A DNA stretch of 64,000 nt from Rotaria socialis. Taxonomy: Eukaryota. Position numbers and translations under genes: made by a program. Under the pieces are notes generated by a model that saw only the letters and a list, made by a program, of their open reading frames with translations, made no database searches and had not been told where the DNA came from. This document shows positions 12,350 to 25,286 of this stretch, one piece after another. The stretch lies in NCBI GenBank assembly GCA_905331295.1, contig CAJNYD010000058.1, positions 124,001-188,000 of the forward strand, read 5' to 3'. Position 1 is the first letter of the stretch; each line of letters starts with the position of its first letter.

Positions 12350-13744
12350 CTATCAAAAAGAAGAAAACTTATTATATATTGTCGCATTTATACGATAATG
12401 TTATAATTTCGTTATATCTGCAATTTAAACAGTAATTCTATGAACTATGCCGAGAAAACCCTTCTAATTTAGTTATGATTCGTCAACTTGATGACTAGAA
12501 ATCCGCATGAAACTATACTTACTTTTTAGAGGAATATAAATCTAATATGATCTATCAGCTAATGCAATTAGACGAAAAGAAAGATTAGATCACGAACCCT
12601 AGTAAAGATGATAAAACATCAATCGAAAAATTAGATGCAATCGACGAAATGAAAATATAAGTTATCAAAAAATCGATGTGAAGCATCACTAAAATTTTTT
12701 AAATCTTCGAAATGTTAAATTTATCCTAAAACATAGTTCATAATCAAATAAGTTTACAGCATTAAATTCTATATTTTACGGTACTACGTTTCATCACTCT
12801 GAATTAGACTAATTCTTATCAATTTTTAAATGGCAACAATTTTGATGGATATGACTGTTAATATAGTAACGATTATAAGAGTAGTCCTATCAAAAATGTT
12901 TCAGCGATAAATCAAGTTGGTTTTACTGAATAATTGCGTTGATCCTGATCGAGTTTTATGTGTTATTTAGATAAACATAAAGTCTCAAGTAATTTTAATT
13001 ACTAAATATATTGATGTGAACTATGATGACGCCTATGTATGCCAAGATAAAGTAATCCTTTGAAAGATGATGCTCAATCCAAATACTATTGTTTGTTTTT
13101 GTAATACATATTAAACTAGATGAGTTGAAGGAACGTAATGCTTACTGCCAGCGGTTAAAAGTATCTAGAAAAATATTAATTACATTGATTATTAAAAAGA
13201 TGTGTGTAATATGTTTTTGACTTCTAGAAAACTCTATTCATCAGTTCATTTTATTATTAAAAATAACTGATTTTAATCATCAAATTTTTATCTAGAGATA
13301 AATCAGATGAAAAATCAAATGTACAGCCGAAATAAAGGGAATTATTATACTTGACTATGTATATATTGATGAACTGTATTCTATCGAATTTTTATTTTCT
13401 AATTCATGAAGTCTTTTTTTGAAACGAAAAAAACTATTATGCTCCAGTAAATTTCAACGAGTAATTTTCATTTTATACCATTGAACTGCTTTTGAATTCC
13501 GTACTTTATTGTGCGACACGCATTCAGAATGTGTTTCACAACAGTGCTAGATAAACAACGAAGAAGCCGATTTTAAATTCTACAGTTGATTTTTTTTGAA
13601 TCTTTAAATCATTTGTAAGAGTGACGCAGACTTTTGTCCCATCTGTACCACAAATTTTAGAACTTCAACAGTATGATATTTTTGAACAAAAGAAAAACAA
13701 AATACACGCAAGACAAAATGATTTAAAATATCTAACGACTAACT

Positions 13745-14332
13745 CTAAAGAACTTCTCTTTTCATTGAAATCGGTGCTCGACTATCGCCTCGACGATATC
13801 GTAAATCAATATCTTTATCACGTGGTTTGACTGTTCGATCAATTCTTCTTAATAATCCAACTAATTGAGCATCAGCTTCCAACAATGATATATGTCTTGA
13901 TGCACCCAAAAATCTTGCAGCCATCTCCCATGATTGTAAACGTATAGAAACAACAGCACCAATCACATATTGATCTCGTTGTTTATTTTGTGGTCGTTGT
14001 ACAACAGCATGGAATTTTCCACCAAAATCAACATATAAATCATCATCAACAACATCAATAACACGTCCACTTAATAAACGTCCTTTCAAACCACCTAATT
14101 GAACAAATTTTGATTGACGAAACATTTTTGCAAACGTCATCGGTTGAGATTGCTTAGTTGACGATGAACCTTTTAGAGTCATCGATGATACAGATTGATT
14201 AGTTGGCGGAGAATTTTCACGAATATATTGTTCATCGATAAATGTATTAGCTAAACGCGATGGAATAAATGTAGATGTTGATGGAAGAAGAGATGAGGAA
14301 ACAAAGAAACGAGATGTTAAGCGAAGTAACAT
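13745..14332 (-). CDS. MRPS28: Mitochondrial ribosomal protein S28 (bS1m)
   Basis: Arg/Ser-rich transit-like N-terminus. FAKMFRQSKFVQLG...GRVIDVVDDDLYVDFGGKFHAVVQRP...RLQSWEMAARFLG signature. Confidence 0.9.
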   Translation of the reverse strand: MLLRLTSRFFVSSSLLPSTSTFIPSRLANTFIDEQYIRENSPPTNQSVSSMTLKGSSSTKQSQPMTFAKMFRQSKFVQLGGLKGRLLSGRVIDVVDDDLYVDFGGKFHAVVQRPQNKQRDQYVIGAVVSIRLQSWEMAARFLGASRHISLLEADAQLVGLLRRIDRTVKPRDKDIDLRYRRGDSRAPISMKREVL

Positions 14333-14873
14333 CTGTAAAAAATCTAAAATTTAAAGAAAATAATTTTTTACTCTGTCCTAATAAATACCAACATATTTTA
14401 GATCTCAATTCTACTAAGTTTATTCATAAACTAATAGAAATAACTGAATCAATGATAAATTCTAAATGTGTAATACGAAATAAATTCCTAATTTTAAATA
14501 AGATAGATCTAGGAATCTACTTCATGTGTATGAACTTTGAATTAATTAACAGTAGTTTTAATTATAAAAATCGACATATACTTTGAAAATATTCCAGCGA
14601 ATACAATCTATTTACAAATGATTTACCCAGTCAATTTTGTAATAAGTATCAGCTATATATTTGCATCTTTTTATTTGATTTCATTACTTTTTTTGATTTA
14701 CTAATTGCAGGCTAAACGCAAATTTGTTTTTCTCTACTATGAACTAACTTATTTTACGAGACAATTCAACTAAGAATAAATAAAATAGTGTTATGGAAAT
14801 TGTTTTTGAATAGCTAAAGAATTTATAAGAGAATGTTTGAAGCAACATCATTCTTTTGTTTATATAACTAGAA

Positions 14874-15593
14874 TTATGAAACAAGACTTTGTTGAAAAAG
14901 TGCTTTCAATTGATTAATATCAATCTTATTCTTTGCTCTTTCTAATATCACTTTCCTCAATGCAATCATTGTTCTTGTTGTTGTTGCTTTTATCCACACA
15001 CGTCCATTAGCTCCAATAGCGATTTCATATGGAATTTCATTTCCTAATTCTTGTAATAGATTATCATGATGAATTAAATCATTGGCAACATCAATGGGAA
15101 TGGAAAATAAATATCCATTTTCATGTAAAACACCCATTCCATCAGCTTTTCCATCTTCATTAACACATGTTATTTGCGGTTGACATTCACCATCAATTTT
15201 CAATCGACCATAAATAACATCACCACGATCTACATTTGGCTTTGTTCGTTTTGTTGAGCCTTCAAAATCATATAGTGATAAAGAAGCTAATTCATTGTAA
15301 CCAATATCAACAAGTAATGATTCAAGTTGACGACGTACGACAATACCAAGAATAAGATCATCCGTTGACAATGACGAAGCTGCAGAACGATGACCATCAA
15401 CATAGTATATTAATGGTGATGGTTCACGTACAAGACCACATCCATGTGATGTAAATGCATTTGTATCTTTATCATAATGTAAACCAGGGCCAAGTATTAT
15501 CGAGTTACATGCATCAAGTGGACTTGGTAAAGTCGAAAGAGCAATTGGATCACCTGGCAAAACAAATTCATCTATTTGACGTTCTATATCCAT
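14874..15593 (-). CDS. EXOSC3: Exosome complex component Rrp40
   Basis: VLPGD...ILGPGL, S1 domain (LVDIG...LSLYDFEGSTKRTKPNVDRGDVIYGR), and KH-like YEIAIGANGRVWIK. Intronless ORF. Confidence 0.92.
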   Translation of the reverse strand: MDIERQIDEFVLPGDPIALSTLPSPLDACNSIILGPGLHYDKDTNAFTSHGCGLVREPSPLIYYVDGHRSAASSLSTDDLILGIVVRRQLESLLVDIGYNELASLSLYDFEGSTKRTKPNVDRGDVIYGRLKIDGECQPQITCVNEDGKADGMGVLHENGYLFSIPIDVANDLIHHDNLLQELGNEIPYEIAIGANGRVWIKATTTRTMIALRKVILERAKNKIDINQLKALFQQSLVS

Positions 15594-15859
15594 CTAAAGA
15601 CATTTAAATAAGATCTTATTTTGTTTCTCTTGGTTGCTTTGTAATATATTTAATGTCTATAAGATTACGAAACACGAAGAAGAGGAAGAAGAAAAGAAAA
15701 ACAAAAAGGGAAGGATACACTTATACAACAAAAAGACAAAACAGTTCTTAGGTTTAGCTTTGAACATAATTTTTTAAACAAAAAGAAACAAAAAAACATC
15801 CAAGTAGATTAACAATATATTTGATTTAGTCTATTTTGTTTTTGAATAGATTGAACAAT

Positions 15860-18800
15860 TTAAAATAACATTTCATTCGGTGCGTCAAGATCTTCATAGC
15901 TTTTCAATTGCCGATTCATTCTAAATGCAAAATCATACTGCGGTAAATATTTTAGCAACAAAATAAAATAAAAGGAATAATAATATGCAAAAACAAATAA
16001 ATAATAAAAATCTTACGCTGACGACATTAGTAAATCTAATGGAATATTTCTATTTGAATATGATGTAGGCTTTTATTCTTAGAGATCGAAAAGAAATAAC
16101 TTACGGTGCTCTATGTATTGGACCACCAGGGCTTTGATACATAAATGGTGGCCGTGGGTGTCTATGTTGATGAAATTGATTATAATAAGGACCTGGTGGA
16201 CCAGGATGAGCTGGTGCAGACACTAGAATTTTAATTTGAAATATTTATTGTATTTAGCAAAACTAAGAATAGTTTACTTGGAGGCCACATAGGTGGTCGA
16301 TTAATTAATCCTTGACCTCCCATTGGAGTTGAAGGTGTAGGTAATGGTAGACCAGATGGATGAGGTCCAGTTAATGTTGCTCCTGGTCTTGTTGAAGGAT
16401 GCTCAGGTAGTTGTGGTCGTTTTGGATCATATAAATAATTATTAAAATAGACCCCCTTAAATGTAATACAAATATTTTTTCTTTTTTTGTTAATAGCAAA
16501 ATAAATTTTACTTCTTTTTTAGCTTCATCAATTTTATCTTGATGTTTATTTAAAATATGTTTTCGAACGAATTCAGGGCCTTTAAATTTCTTTCCACTTA
16601 ATGGACAAGACCATTTATCTTTTCCAACTTCTTGACAATTAGCATTAATAAATTTTTCAACTTCTTCTTGTTCATTTTTTGCGCCTAATTTCATGGCTTC
16701 ATCATCATCTAATTTTTCATGAAATTCAATAAATGGTTTAAGACGTGCTTCGAAGTGTTGCATGAAATTAGATAATTCAGTTTCTGTTATCGATGACAAT
16801 GGTGCACTACGTACATGAATAACACCACAACGATTAGGCATTGAATCTTCTTGTGCATATTCTGTTCCATTATAATAATCAATTGAATGAACAACACGTA
16901 AATAAAGTATTAAACGATCAAGAACCTAGAAAATAGTTTCATAACGATTAAAACTGTTAAAGCGAAAATTTTCTCTCCGTGTACTTTGGCTAATTGTTTA
17001 TCCATTTCAAATGCATTTGAATCACCATGTTGATTTGACGCTTCACCAAGTAATTCTTCTTCTTCGGCATCAGCTTCTTCTACTAGATGTTCAGTTATAT
17101 TTTTCAATAATGGATTATGGCTAATAAAACCAATTGGTTTTTTATTTTGAACTGATGATATAACCATTGATGCTGTTGACGAAGAAATTTCGGAATCATC
17201 AGTCGATGATGTTTGTTGTTGTTGTTGTTGTTTTTGCTCAACATTATCATTACTCTTCGATTCCCAAATATTCCATCGATCGTCTAACTGTTGAATAATT
17301 TTAGTTATGAGTCGAAGATCATTTCGTACTATTGTTTTATGTTGTCCGATTCCATTGATAGTACGTATACGATTTTTAAGTTCACGATTAATAATTGCAC
17401 CCATATCCATTTCGTGTAACTAAATAAATGAAACCTTTAACACAGTGAAAGTTCAAAATAAAACAAAAACAAACTTTTGCTGAATTGAGCTCATAACATA
17501 TATTTCGTATTTGAACTGAATGATCAAATGTTACCCAACCACGTCGACAAAATTTTCGTTCAGGTGCAGGATCCGTAATACAAACACGACGAAAACCCGA
17601 GTACTGTTTACATATCTAATTCATAGGAGAAAAATTAATTAAATTCAGTTTCATTATTACAATTAAACTTTTTACATTTTCAACATCCTCTTTCGTTGTT
17701 TGCATGGTCAAATGACGAAAAAATATTGAAAGTGTACGATGTAATGCTCGTGGTGCATCCGGTACTTCACCCGCTTCTGGTTCATTATCATGTGAAGATA
17801 TTTTAATTTCATTGATTTCTTTTGATTCGCCTAGAAAAAAATTAATACGATGAGTAAAATCAAATAAAAAAATCGTTGTTATTTACTAGCTGTAGGTCCA
17901 TTTTCTTGTTTTTTTTCTGCTGCTTCATTTTCTGTTGGTACTTCATTTTTATCGTTTATTTTCTTTTCGTCCTCGTCATCGTCTTCTACACCATCTGATA
18001 CAGCTCCATCATCGGATGCACTACCTTCTCGTTTTCGCTGAAATTCATCATGATAAAAAGGTTACATGTATTTTTTTTAATTCAAGTTTTTCTCACTTTA
18101 TGCTCCGCTGGTTTCTTTGAATCAGTTACTACAACAGATATTGAACTATCTGTTTTCTCTGATTGTGCTGGTTCGTGCGTACTAGATGATTGTTTCGGAA
18201 TATCATCGTCAACTTCGTCATTTTCAACAGTTGTATTACTGAAAGATGTTGCTACATCAAGAGCACGAAGATCATGATCATTACCACCTTCCAATTTGAT
18301 AACAACTATAACGAAATAAATGTACAAGTAGATCAAAAATATGAGAATAACGCTCATGAGCAAATTTTCTCAACTATCCCATTATTTTTCATTTGAAATT
18401 ATTTCTATTCAATGAATTCTGATCAATATAGCAGACATATCGTCTTTTGATCCTCGAAACTTTTATCAATTGTAAATATCTCGGTAGCAACAGGTTGAAT
18501 TTTGTTTCAGGATGTCAAATGTTTATGCACCGTTTATAAGATTTTAACAATGACTTATGTTTCTACGCTCGAAAACGAAAATTTGAGTAAAACATTCATA
18601 ACTCAACAAAACAAACATGAGATAGCTCAGATGAAAACAAACTTTCTATCGTATATCATGACTGATAAAATTACAATTGCCTTGAAAGTGAAAAATAATT
18701 GAACCAGAGAAATATTGATATTTATTGTAATGAGTATTACTTACCGGCATCAAGAAATCTTGTAAGTGTGCGTTGATTTTCTACATCGACACTAACATCA

Positions 18801-20311
18801 TCCAAATAGCCTTTTCTATAAAGTTCCATGAATATATCAAGTCGTTTTTTAATGATTTGTCGTTGTTCTTCACGACGTTTTGAATATTCATCTGGATGAT
18901 ATTTATGTTTAAACCTAAATTACATAGTTTATTCCAAGTTTTGTATTCCAATAGAAAACTCTTCCTTATTCCTCTTCTAGTAAGTTTTTCATTAATTCAG
19001 ATATTCACTTACGGTACTTCTCAAAGATGAATCATTGTCAAAAATTCTCCAAATATTGAAGGCATACGTAACGCGCAAGAAAGAAGGGAGAGTAAATGTA
19101 TAGAATATCGATAATAATAGCGAACGCGCCGATGAATACGCTGAGAAAGAGCGTTTTTTTCTGTTTCATACAAAAAAATGAAATCATCGATTTTTCTTTT
19201 ATCAATTCGAAAACAAAAAATCAGATTTCCCAATTTTTTAATCGGATAAATCTGTTTGGCGGCGCAGAAAAAAATGAAAGTGTACACGCGCAAATATATA
19301 GTGATATATAGATTATTGAAGAAGTAGACGAATAAATCAGTTTCACTAGAAGAAGAATAAGACATATCGATCAATAAATTATTTTCTTATTTGAAGTAAA
19401 AGAAAAGATACAAAAAGAAAACGAATTATTTCTACGAACCAGTCTTCATCTTTGTGTGCTGTAAAAAAATCAGCAATTTGAGTTTTCTTAAAATCTGTTT
19501 TATATTCATTGTAACGTTTTATAGCCTCTTCTTGTTCAATATTATCTTCTTGATCTTGAAGAAAATGTTTAAAACTCAGCATTGGTGGCTGAGTTATACT
19601 ATCAGATGCATCTCTAACATAAAATGAAAACATAGAAATACATATATCCTATTAAGATTTTTTACTTATTAAATTGCTCTGTAGGTGCACCTGCAGACTG
19701 ATGAAGATTTGGTGGAAAATTTGGATGAAAACCTGGACCACCATGAAAATAAGGTGCACCACTTGGTGGATCAAAATGAGCTGGCGATTGATCAACACCA
19801 TCCCTAGTAGAAAGCGAATAAGTTGATCAGCTATAGAACAAAGAAAAATAATAGATAAATTTTACCAATCACGACGAACACGTTTATTATGTGGTGGACT
19901 CATATCAAATCGACCAGGACTTCGATTGTATCGTGGAGGAAAATCACGTCCTGGTGGTGGTCCTCCACTACCAGGATATTGTCGTCGAAATTGATTTGGT
20001 CGATCTCTAAAATCAAATAAAAACAATATTTGAATTCATTTTTGAAAAAAAAAAGGAAAATGGCAGATATCAGTTAATGCAAATAACAGCATGAACATAC
20101 ATTTTATTATTATCTATCTCTATATTGCTATTGGTGATGAAAAATAAATCTTAATTTAACTAAAAATGAATATCTATTCTCACCTTCCATCATTCCAATC
20201 ACCACCACTATTTCGATTGTTATTAGCCCGATTGCCACCATAATCATCACGTTCACGGCGAAACTTATCTCGATTTCGTCGGCTATCAAAATCATCATCA
20301 CTATCACCCAT
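15860..20311 (-). CDS. SRRT: Serrate RNA effector / Ars2, multi-exon
   Basis: Starts [21 protein letters not shown]. Contains [33 protein letters not shown], Zn finger [26 protein letters not shown], and ends [17 protein letters not shown] introns. Confidence 0.95.
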
Positions 20312-22137
20312 TTTGTATTTTATTTGCACTAAAACAATCTAAAATAAATTATTTAATAAACAAAACAAAACTCATGTTCAATTAATACTGTTTTCCCTAT
20401 TAGCAAAGAAAAAAAGAAACAATGAGTAGCAAACCCAAAAGATTCAATTCTGTACTATACTTCAGTAATATTGATTGTCCTCCAATCATACAGATATTCC
20501 GTCGAAAGTTCAGCATCCTACGACCTCTATCGCAACGCTTTTCGCGTGTAATATAACAATGTATATTGTGCACAAGTATGAGTACAGCACAAGATATTTT
20601 TCTCATAAGAAAATTAGTAATCAAGATGAATACGCAAGTTTCGAATCCTATTTCACTGAAAACTATTGATATACGAATGAAATATTCTTTTCGAGAGAAA
20701 TATATTGCTGAAAACTAACACGAAAAAATGAATTTCCACTTTAATTTAGCATTTGAATACATTACATTTCCTTAGTCACAACAAAAGCAGTATTTTTTCC
20801 ATAGCATTACCTGATATTCAAGTCTGCTGCGATACCCACCCTAATTCTTTTTAGCTTGTTTAAAACTAAATGTGATGTATTCGTAACAAAAAGAGTATCA
20901 TCTATAAGTAATACTTAATTTATTGGAAAGTTTTCTATATCATAATTAGAATTCCAGTCTTCTTTTAACAGGTCCATATGCTATATCACTGGATATCAGT
21001 ACAGTCAAATGGGAATATATATAAAAATAGGATATTGTTTATTGAAAAAAATGTAAAAACCCCTGATCAATAAATTGCTACAGTAGAAATCGTATACCAA
21101 TATCATCATGAACAAAAGATTTATTATTTATAATTATCTTTTTATCAACAAAAAGGTAATTTTTTTAATTTCAAATTGTAGTACATGTTAAATATTGCTT
21201 TAGGCTGTCTTAGAAGTATTTTAGACCGAAGTCACTTTGAAAAAAGCATTCTTTTTTTAAGATTTTATAAAACAATTGATTTTATTGAAAACAAAAATGT
21301 ACTTATATCGATGAGCGTTGCGAAGGTTATTTTTACATAACTTGTAGAATAATGAGAAAGATTAGTTCTGGCTCAAGCTCAATCTTTGCAGTATGAAACA
21401 TGAATATTAGAAATAATGCATTATTGAGCACCAGACCACTCTGAAGATGAGTTTGAATTATAATTTTGTCTTCAAGAAAAAAAAATGGTAATAAAACTAC
21501 ATTCATGTTCAAATTGTATATATTCTATTGTTAACTTAGTACTGTGACTAATTTGTTGAAGGCTTGTCTATTTTATTGTCATCATCTTAGCAACTTTTTC
21601 AAGACAATCAAATTCATTTTGATTCATTTGTGTATCATCCTGATTTTGAGCTTTCAGATCTAAAACCTTTAATGACAATAATAATAATTTTCACTATTCG
21701 TTACTAAAGTTTAATAATTAGGACTTAAAATAGTGTATAATTATTTTTCATGAGGAAAAAATCTATTACTTCAGAGTGTTATTTGAATGACGCTCCTCTC
21801 ATTTCAATCCATAATAAAATATAATATAAACATTATACGGAAGATAAGTGTATAATGATCTGCTATCTACCACGAAGAAGTCACAAACAGAAAGCATAAT
21901 GATAATAGTTTCTTTTATTTCATTTCATTTTTCGATTGTATTTATTTATAGTTTTCTTCATAAAGCACACACGTTCATGTTCAACTAACTGTTCAATACC
22001 TTACGACCTCTTTTATTTTCTTCGTTTTATTCTATCGTCGAATCCGATTATATCCAAGACATTGTGCATATTTGATGGCCGATTTGCTGCATTACTATTA
22101 TCAACGGTTGTTTCATTCTTGAAGATTCTCGGTACTA

Positions 22138-23507
22138 ATGGCGTACTGCTTGGTATTTGTTAATACGAACAATGGACATCCATTACTTGTTCGCTCAACA
22201 AATATACTCGAACGAAATGAGCATACACCTGAAATCATCTTAAATCTATTAGAACGGCCATCAGATAATCAAATTCCACTTGCTCTAATTGGAATTCTAA
22301 CAAGTTCTTATACATTTTCAACAAAATTTGGTATTACCCTTCGTTCATGTCATACAGATGATTGTACAATACATTTTCATCAATATAATGATCATTTATT
22401 AATGTGTCTATTAGAACCGACAGAATACGATGTACCAAATGAATGTACACAATATAAATTAGTATTATTAAGAACTTTATTTAATATGATTATAGGATAT
22501 GAATACATAGATAAAATAAGTCAGACTAATCCACAAAAATTAGAAAATGATTTAAATTTAGTTAAATACTATGTTGATACTATTTTAAATGATGAGCGTA
22601 CTTTTTCATTTGGAGATTTAACTCAGTGTGCTGATACTCTTTGTGGTTTCGATCGAAAGTAAATTTAAATTAATTGTTTTAAAATATGAGCATTCAAAAT
22701 ATTCTAATACATTTTTCTAGTATCATGTATTCATGTTTAAAACAAATCTCGGATAATTTACAATGTGAACATGTTTCAATAACATTATCAAATCGTATAA
22801 TTGCATCAAGTACAGGATGGTCACGTTTAACTCAAGCTGAACAATATATTTTAACACTTCTTATTGCATTAAATGATTATTCGAATGATATTTTACCAAC
22901 AGTTCGTGATATGCCCGTTTATCTTGATTCAATCGATCGTTCACATAATTATCGTTTACTCTCTATTCGAGTACTTGGCCAAGTTTATGTCTCAATTCTT
23001 TGTTCAGCAACACCAAAAATGAGTGAATTTGAAAGTACAGTTGATCGATATTGTCATTCACAAACAGAACATATACAAAATTTAAATAGTCTTCTATATC
23101 CACGTTCATTTCATGATAATATTATTTTTGATCATAATGTTCAAGCACTTATATATGTTAACCGACAAACACATTTCTGTGTTAGTACATTAGAACCAAC
23201 AAAGACTTCGACACCATTATCAAGAACAATTAAAAAACATCGTTATGGACTTTTAAAACAATTTTATATGGAAATAGTTCGAATTGATAAAGAACAAATA
23301 TTACCATTGGGTAATATAAACAATGAAACCAAAATGAATGAAATGTATATGTTGAATGACGATGATAGTCAAATTGAACATAAATGTTATTTTCTTCGAG
23401 AACAAGATTATTTTGAATTATATGTTTTGTTTGATGTAAACATTCCGACAATAGCATTGAGAGGAATAGCAAAAAAAACATTGATGATGCTTAGAAAAAA
23501 TTTGTAG
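22138..23507 (+). CDS. FUZ: Fuzzy planar cell polarity protein (tri-longin), 2 exons (intron 22659-22720)
   Basis: G.PLL.RS...QIP..LIG.L motif and KLENDL..VKYYVDTIL....GDLTQCAD match Fuzzy. A 62-nt GT-AG intron joins the two ORFs in frame. Confidence 0.85.
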
Positions 23508-23600
23508 TATTAGTTGTTTTGTTAGTATTGTAATATTTCAGAAGTTTAGAATTGTTCGATAGGAATGATAAAATATTCAATTTTTTATTTCAGATAATCA

Positions 23601-23993
23601 ATGGCTTCAACAGATAGCGAAAACAAAGGCGACAACATGACTTCATCAGTTGATCAACAGGCACCATCAACTAAAAGTGTCCCAATATATAATGCTGCTT
23701 CAGCTCATCAACATTCTCATGCATGTAATGATCCATCCCATCATCATCATTATCCATCGTTTTTTGATGAAGCTGATGAACATTCAAATGCAGCAGCTGC
23801 CAAAAACGAAATGCTAATGAAACGAAAGGCCAAGAAGAATCAAAAACAAGATGTGACACGTGCTGAATCCATCCCAGGTCATCAAGGTGATAAAAATATA
23901 GATGATTTGCTCAATTTTATTAATGGACCATCATCAGCAAACAACAATACAAATAGTAAAAAGTCAAAAAAGAAGTCGACTACAAACAATTAA
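23601..23993 (+). CDS. Hypothetical 130-aa low-complexity protein (His-rich; ESIPGHQGDKNIDDLLNFING motif; basic tail)
   Basis: Clean ATG-to-TAA ORF with coding-like composition, preceded by acceptor TTTTATTTCAG at 23583-23593. Confidence 0.7.
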   Translation: MASTDSENKGDNMTSSVDQQAPSTKSVPIYNAASAHQHSHACNDPSHHHHYPSFFDEADEHSNAAAAKNEMLMKRKAKKNQKQDVTRAESIPGHQGDKNIDDLLNFINGPSSANNNTNSKKSKKKSTTNN

Positions 23994-25286
23994 ATATTGT
24001 TTTCAGTTTTTCATTTTGTTATGACACACTGACAGTTATTCTTTCTTTACTATACCTTTCTATTAACTATTTAGTGAACAAGATCAGTCTGATTGATAAA
24101 ACAATACATTAAAAAAAAAAAAGATTTCATATCATAGAAAAACTATCGTACAAAATAGCAGCAACCATAAAAAGAATCATAATAATCAATGATTAGAAAA
24201 ATACAGATATAATTTAACATGTTTTTTAAATGAGAGAATTTTGTATTATATTTTATTATTTCAGTATTAGCACGTCTAGTGAATATTAATCTTTTGAAAA
24301 TTTTAGGCACAATTTTCTTTTTTTGATTTTAATACTTTGCTTAACAGAGTAAATTCAAACAGCGACGCCTTCAAATGTACTAGTTTTTTTTTGTTCAAAC
24401 GATATTCAACTACCGTATGTTGCCATTTCAAATTTAGAAATGATTCAAATCAACATTTACTTTTTGCATATCTTTCAGCTTTGATATTATTTCGTTGGTT
24501 TTGTTCATAAGAATAACAGTCAACAATTTGATTATGAAAAATTCTCTTGAGTAAGAAGACTATATGTTTGCGCTTTCTTATCAGAAAATTACGTCAATGA
24601 TCTACCGTCTCACAAAAATATAACAATACTTTGTTGAAATTTTAAAATTTTTAGTTCAATAGTATTCACCCAATTATGATTGATATGTGTTACATTTACG
24701 TGTTTCATTTCTCTATTTACATAACATTATGTGACTATGACTAATAAAACAGATGTCTGAAGTATTAACTACTATTCAGATGTCCATCATATTAGACAAA
24801 ATGAATTGATAGTACATTTTGATAAGAACAAAAGAGGCTAGAATATTATTAAGAAAATATATTTGTATGATTAGTTTTTACATATTGAATAGAATATAGA
24901 AGCACTTAAATTACACATAAATGATTTATTTTAACGGAAAGAAAGATAAACGAATAAGAATATAGATGATAAATATGTTGGGATATATTTTGGTTTTTCT
25001 ACCATCTGTTTGCTGTAAGAAACATCAATGTTTAATTAATAATGATAATCAAAAACACAAAACAAATGTATCTTACACAATCCTCACAAACACATGAACA
25101 CTAAACAATCATTTTAAAAAAAAATAATAACAATAACAAAACGATAAATCTATACGCTATGTAAGTTGCAACAATTCTAATCTGATTGACCAATAGATAA
25201 TATCACAAAAAAAATAAATAAATAAGAAAACTTTTTTCCGTTGACATGAAATATTCGAAATCAACAATACAAAATTTTTGAAGCAT

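Noticed and set aside
15708..15718. U12-type 5' splice site (GTATCCTTC, minus strand) upstream of EXOSC3
   Set aside because: No TCCTTAAC-like branch point before the acceptor; probably chance.
19021..19374. 117-aa ORF nested in SRRT intron
   Set aside because: No recognisable motif and not in frame with the downstream exon; better explained as intron plus possible poison exon.
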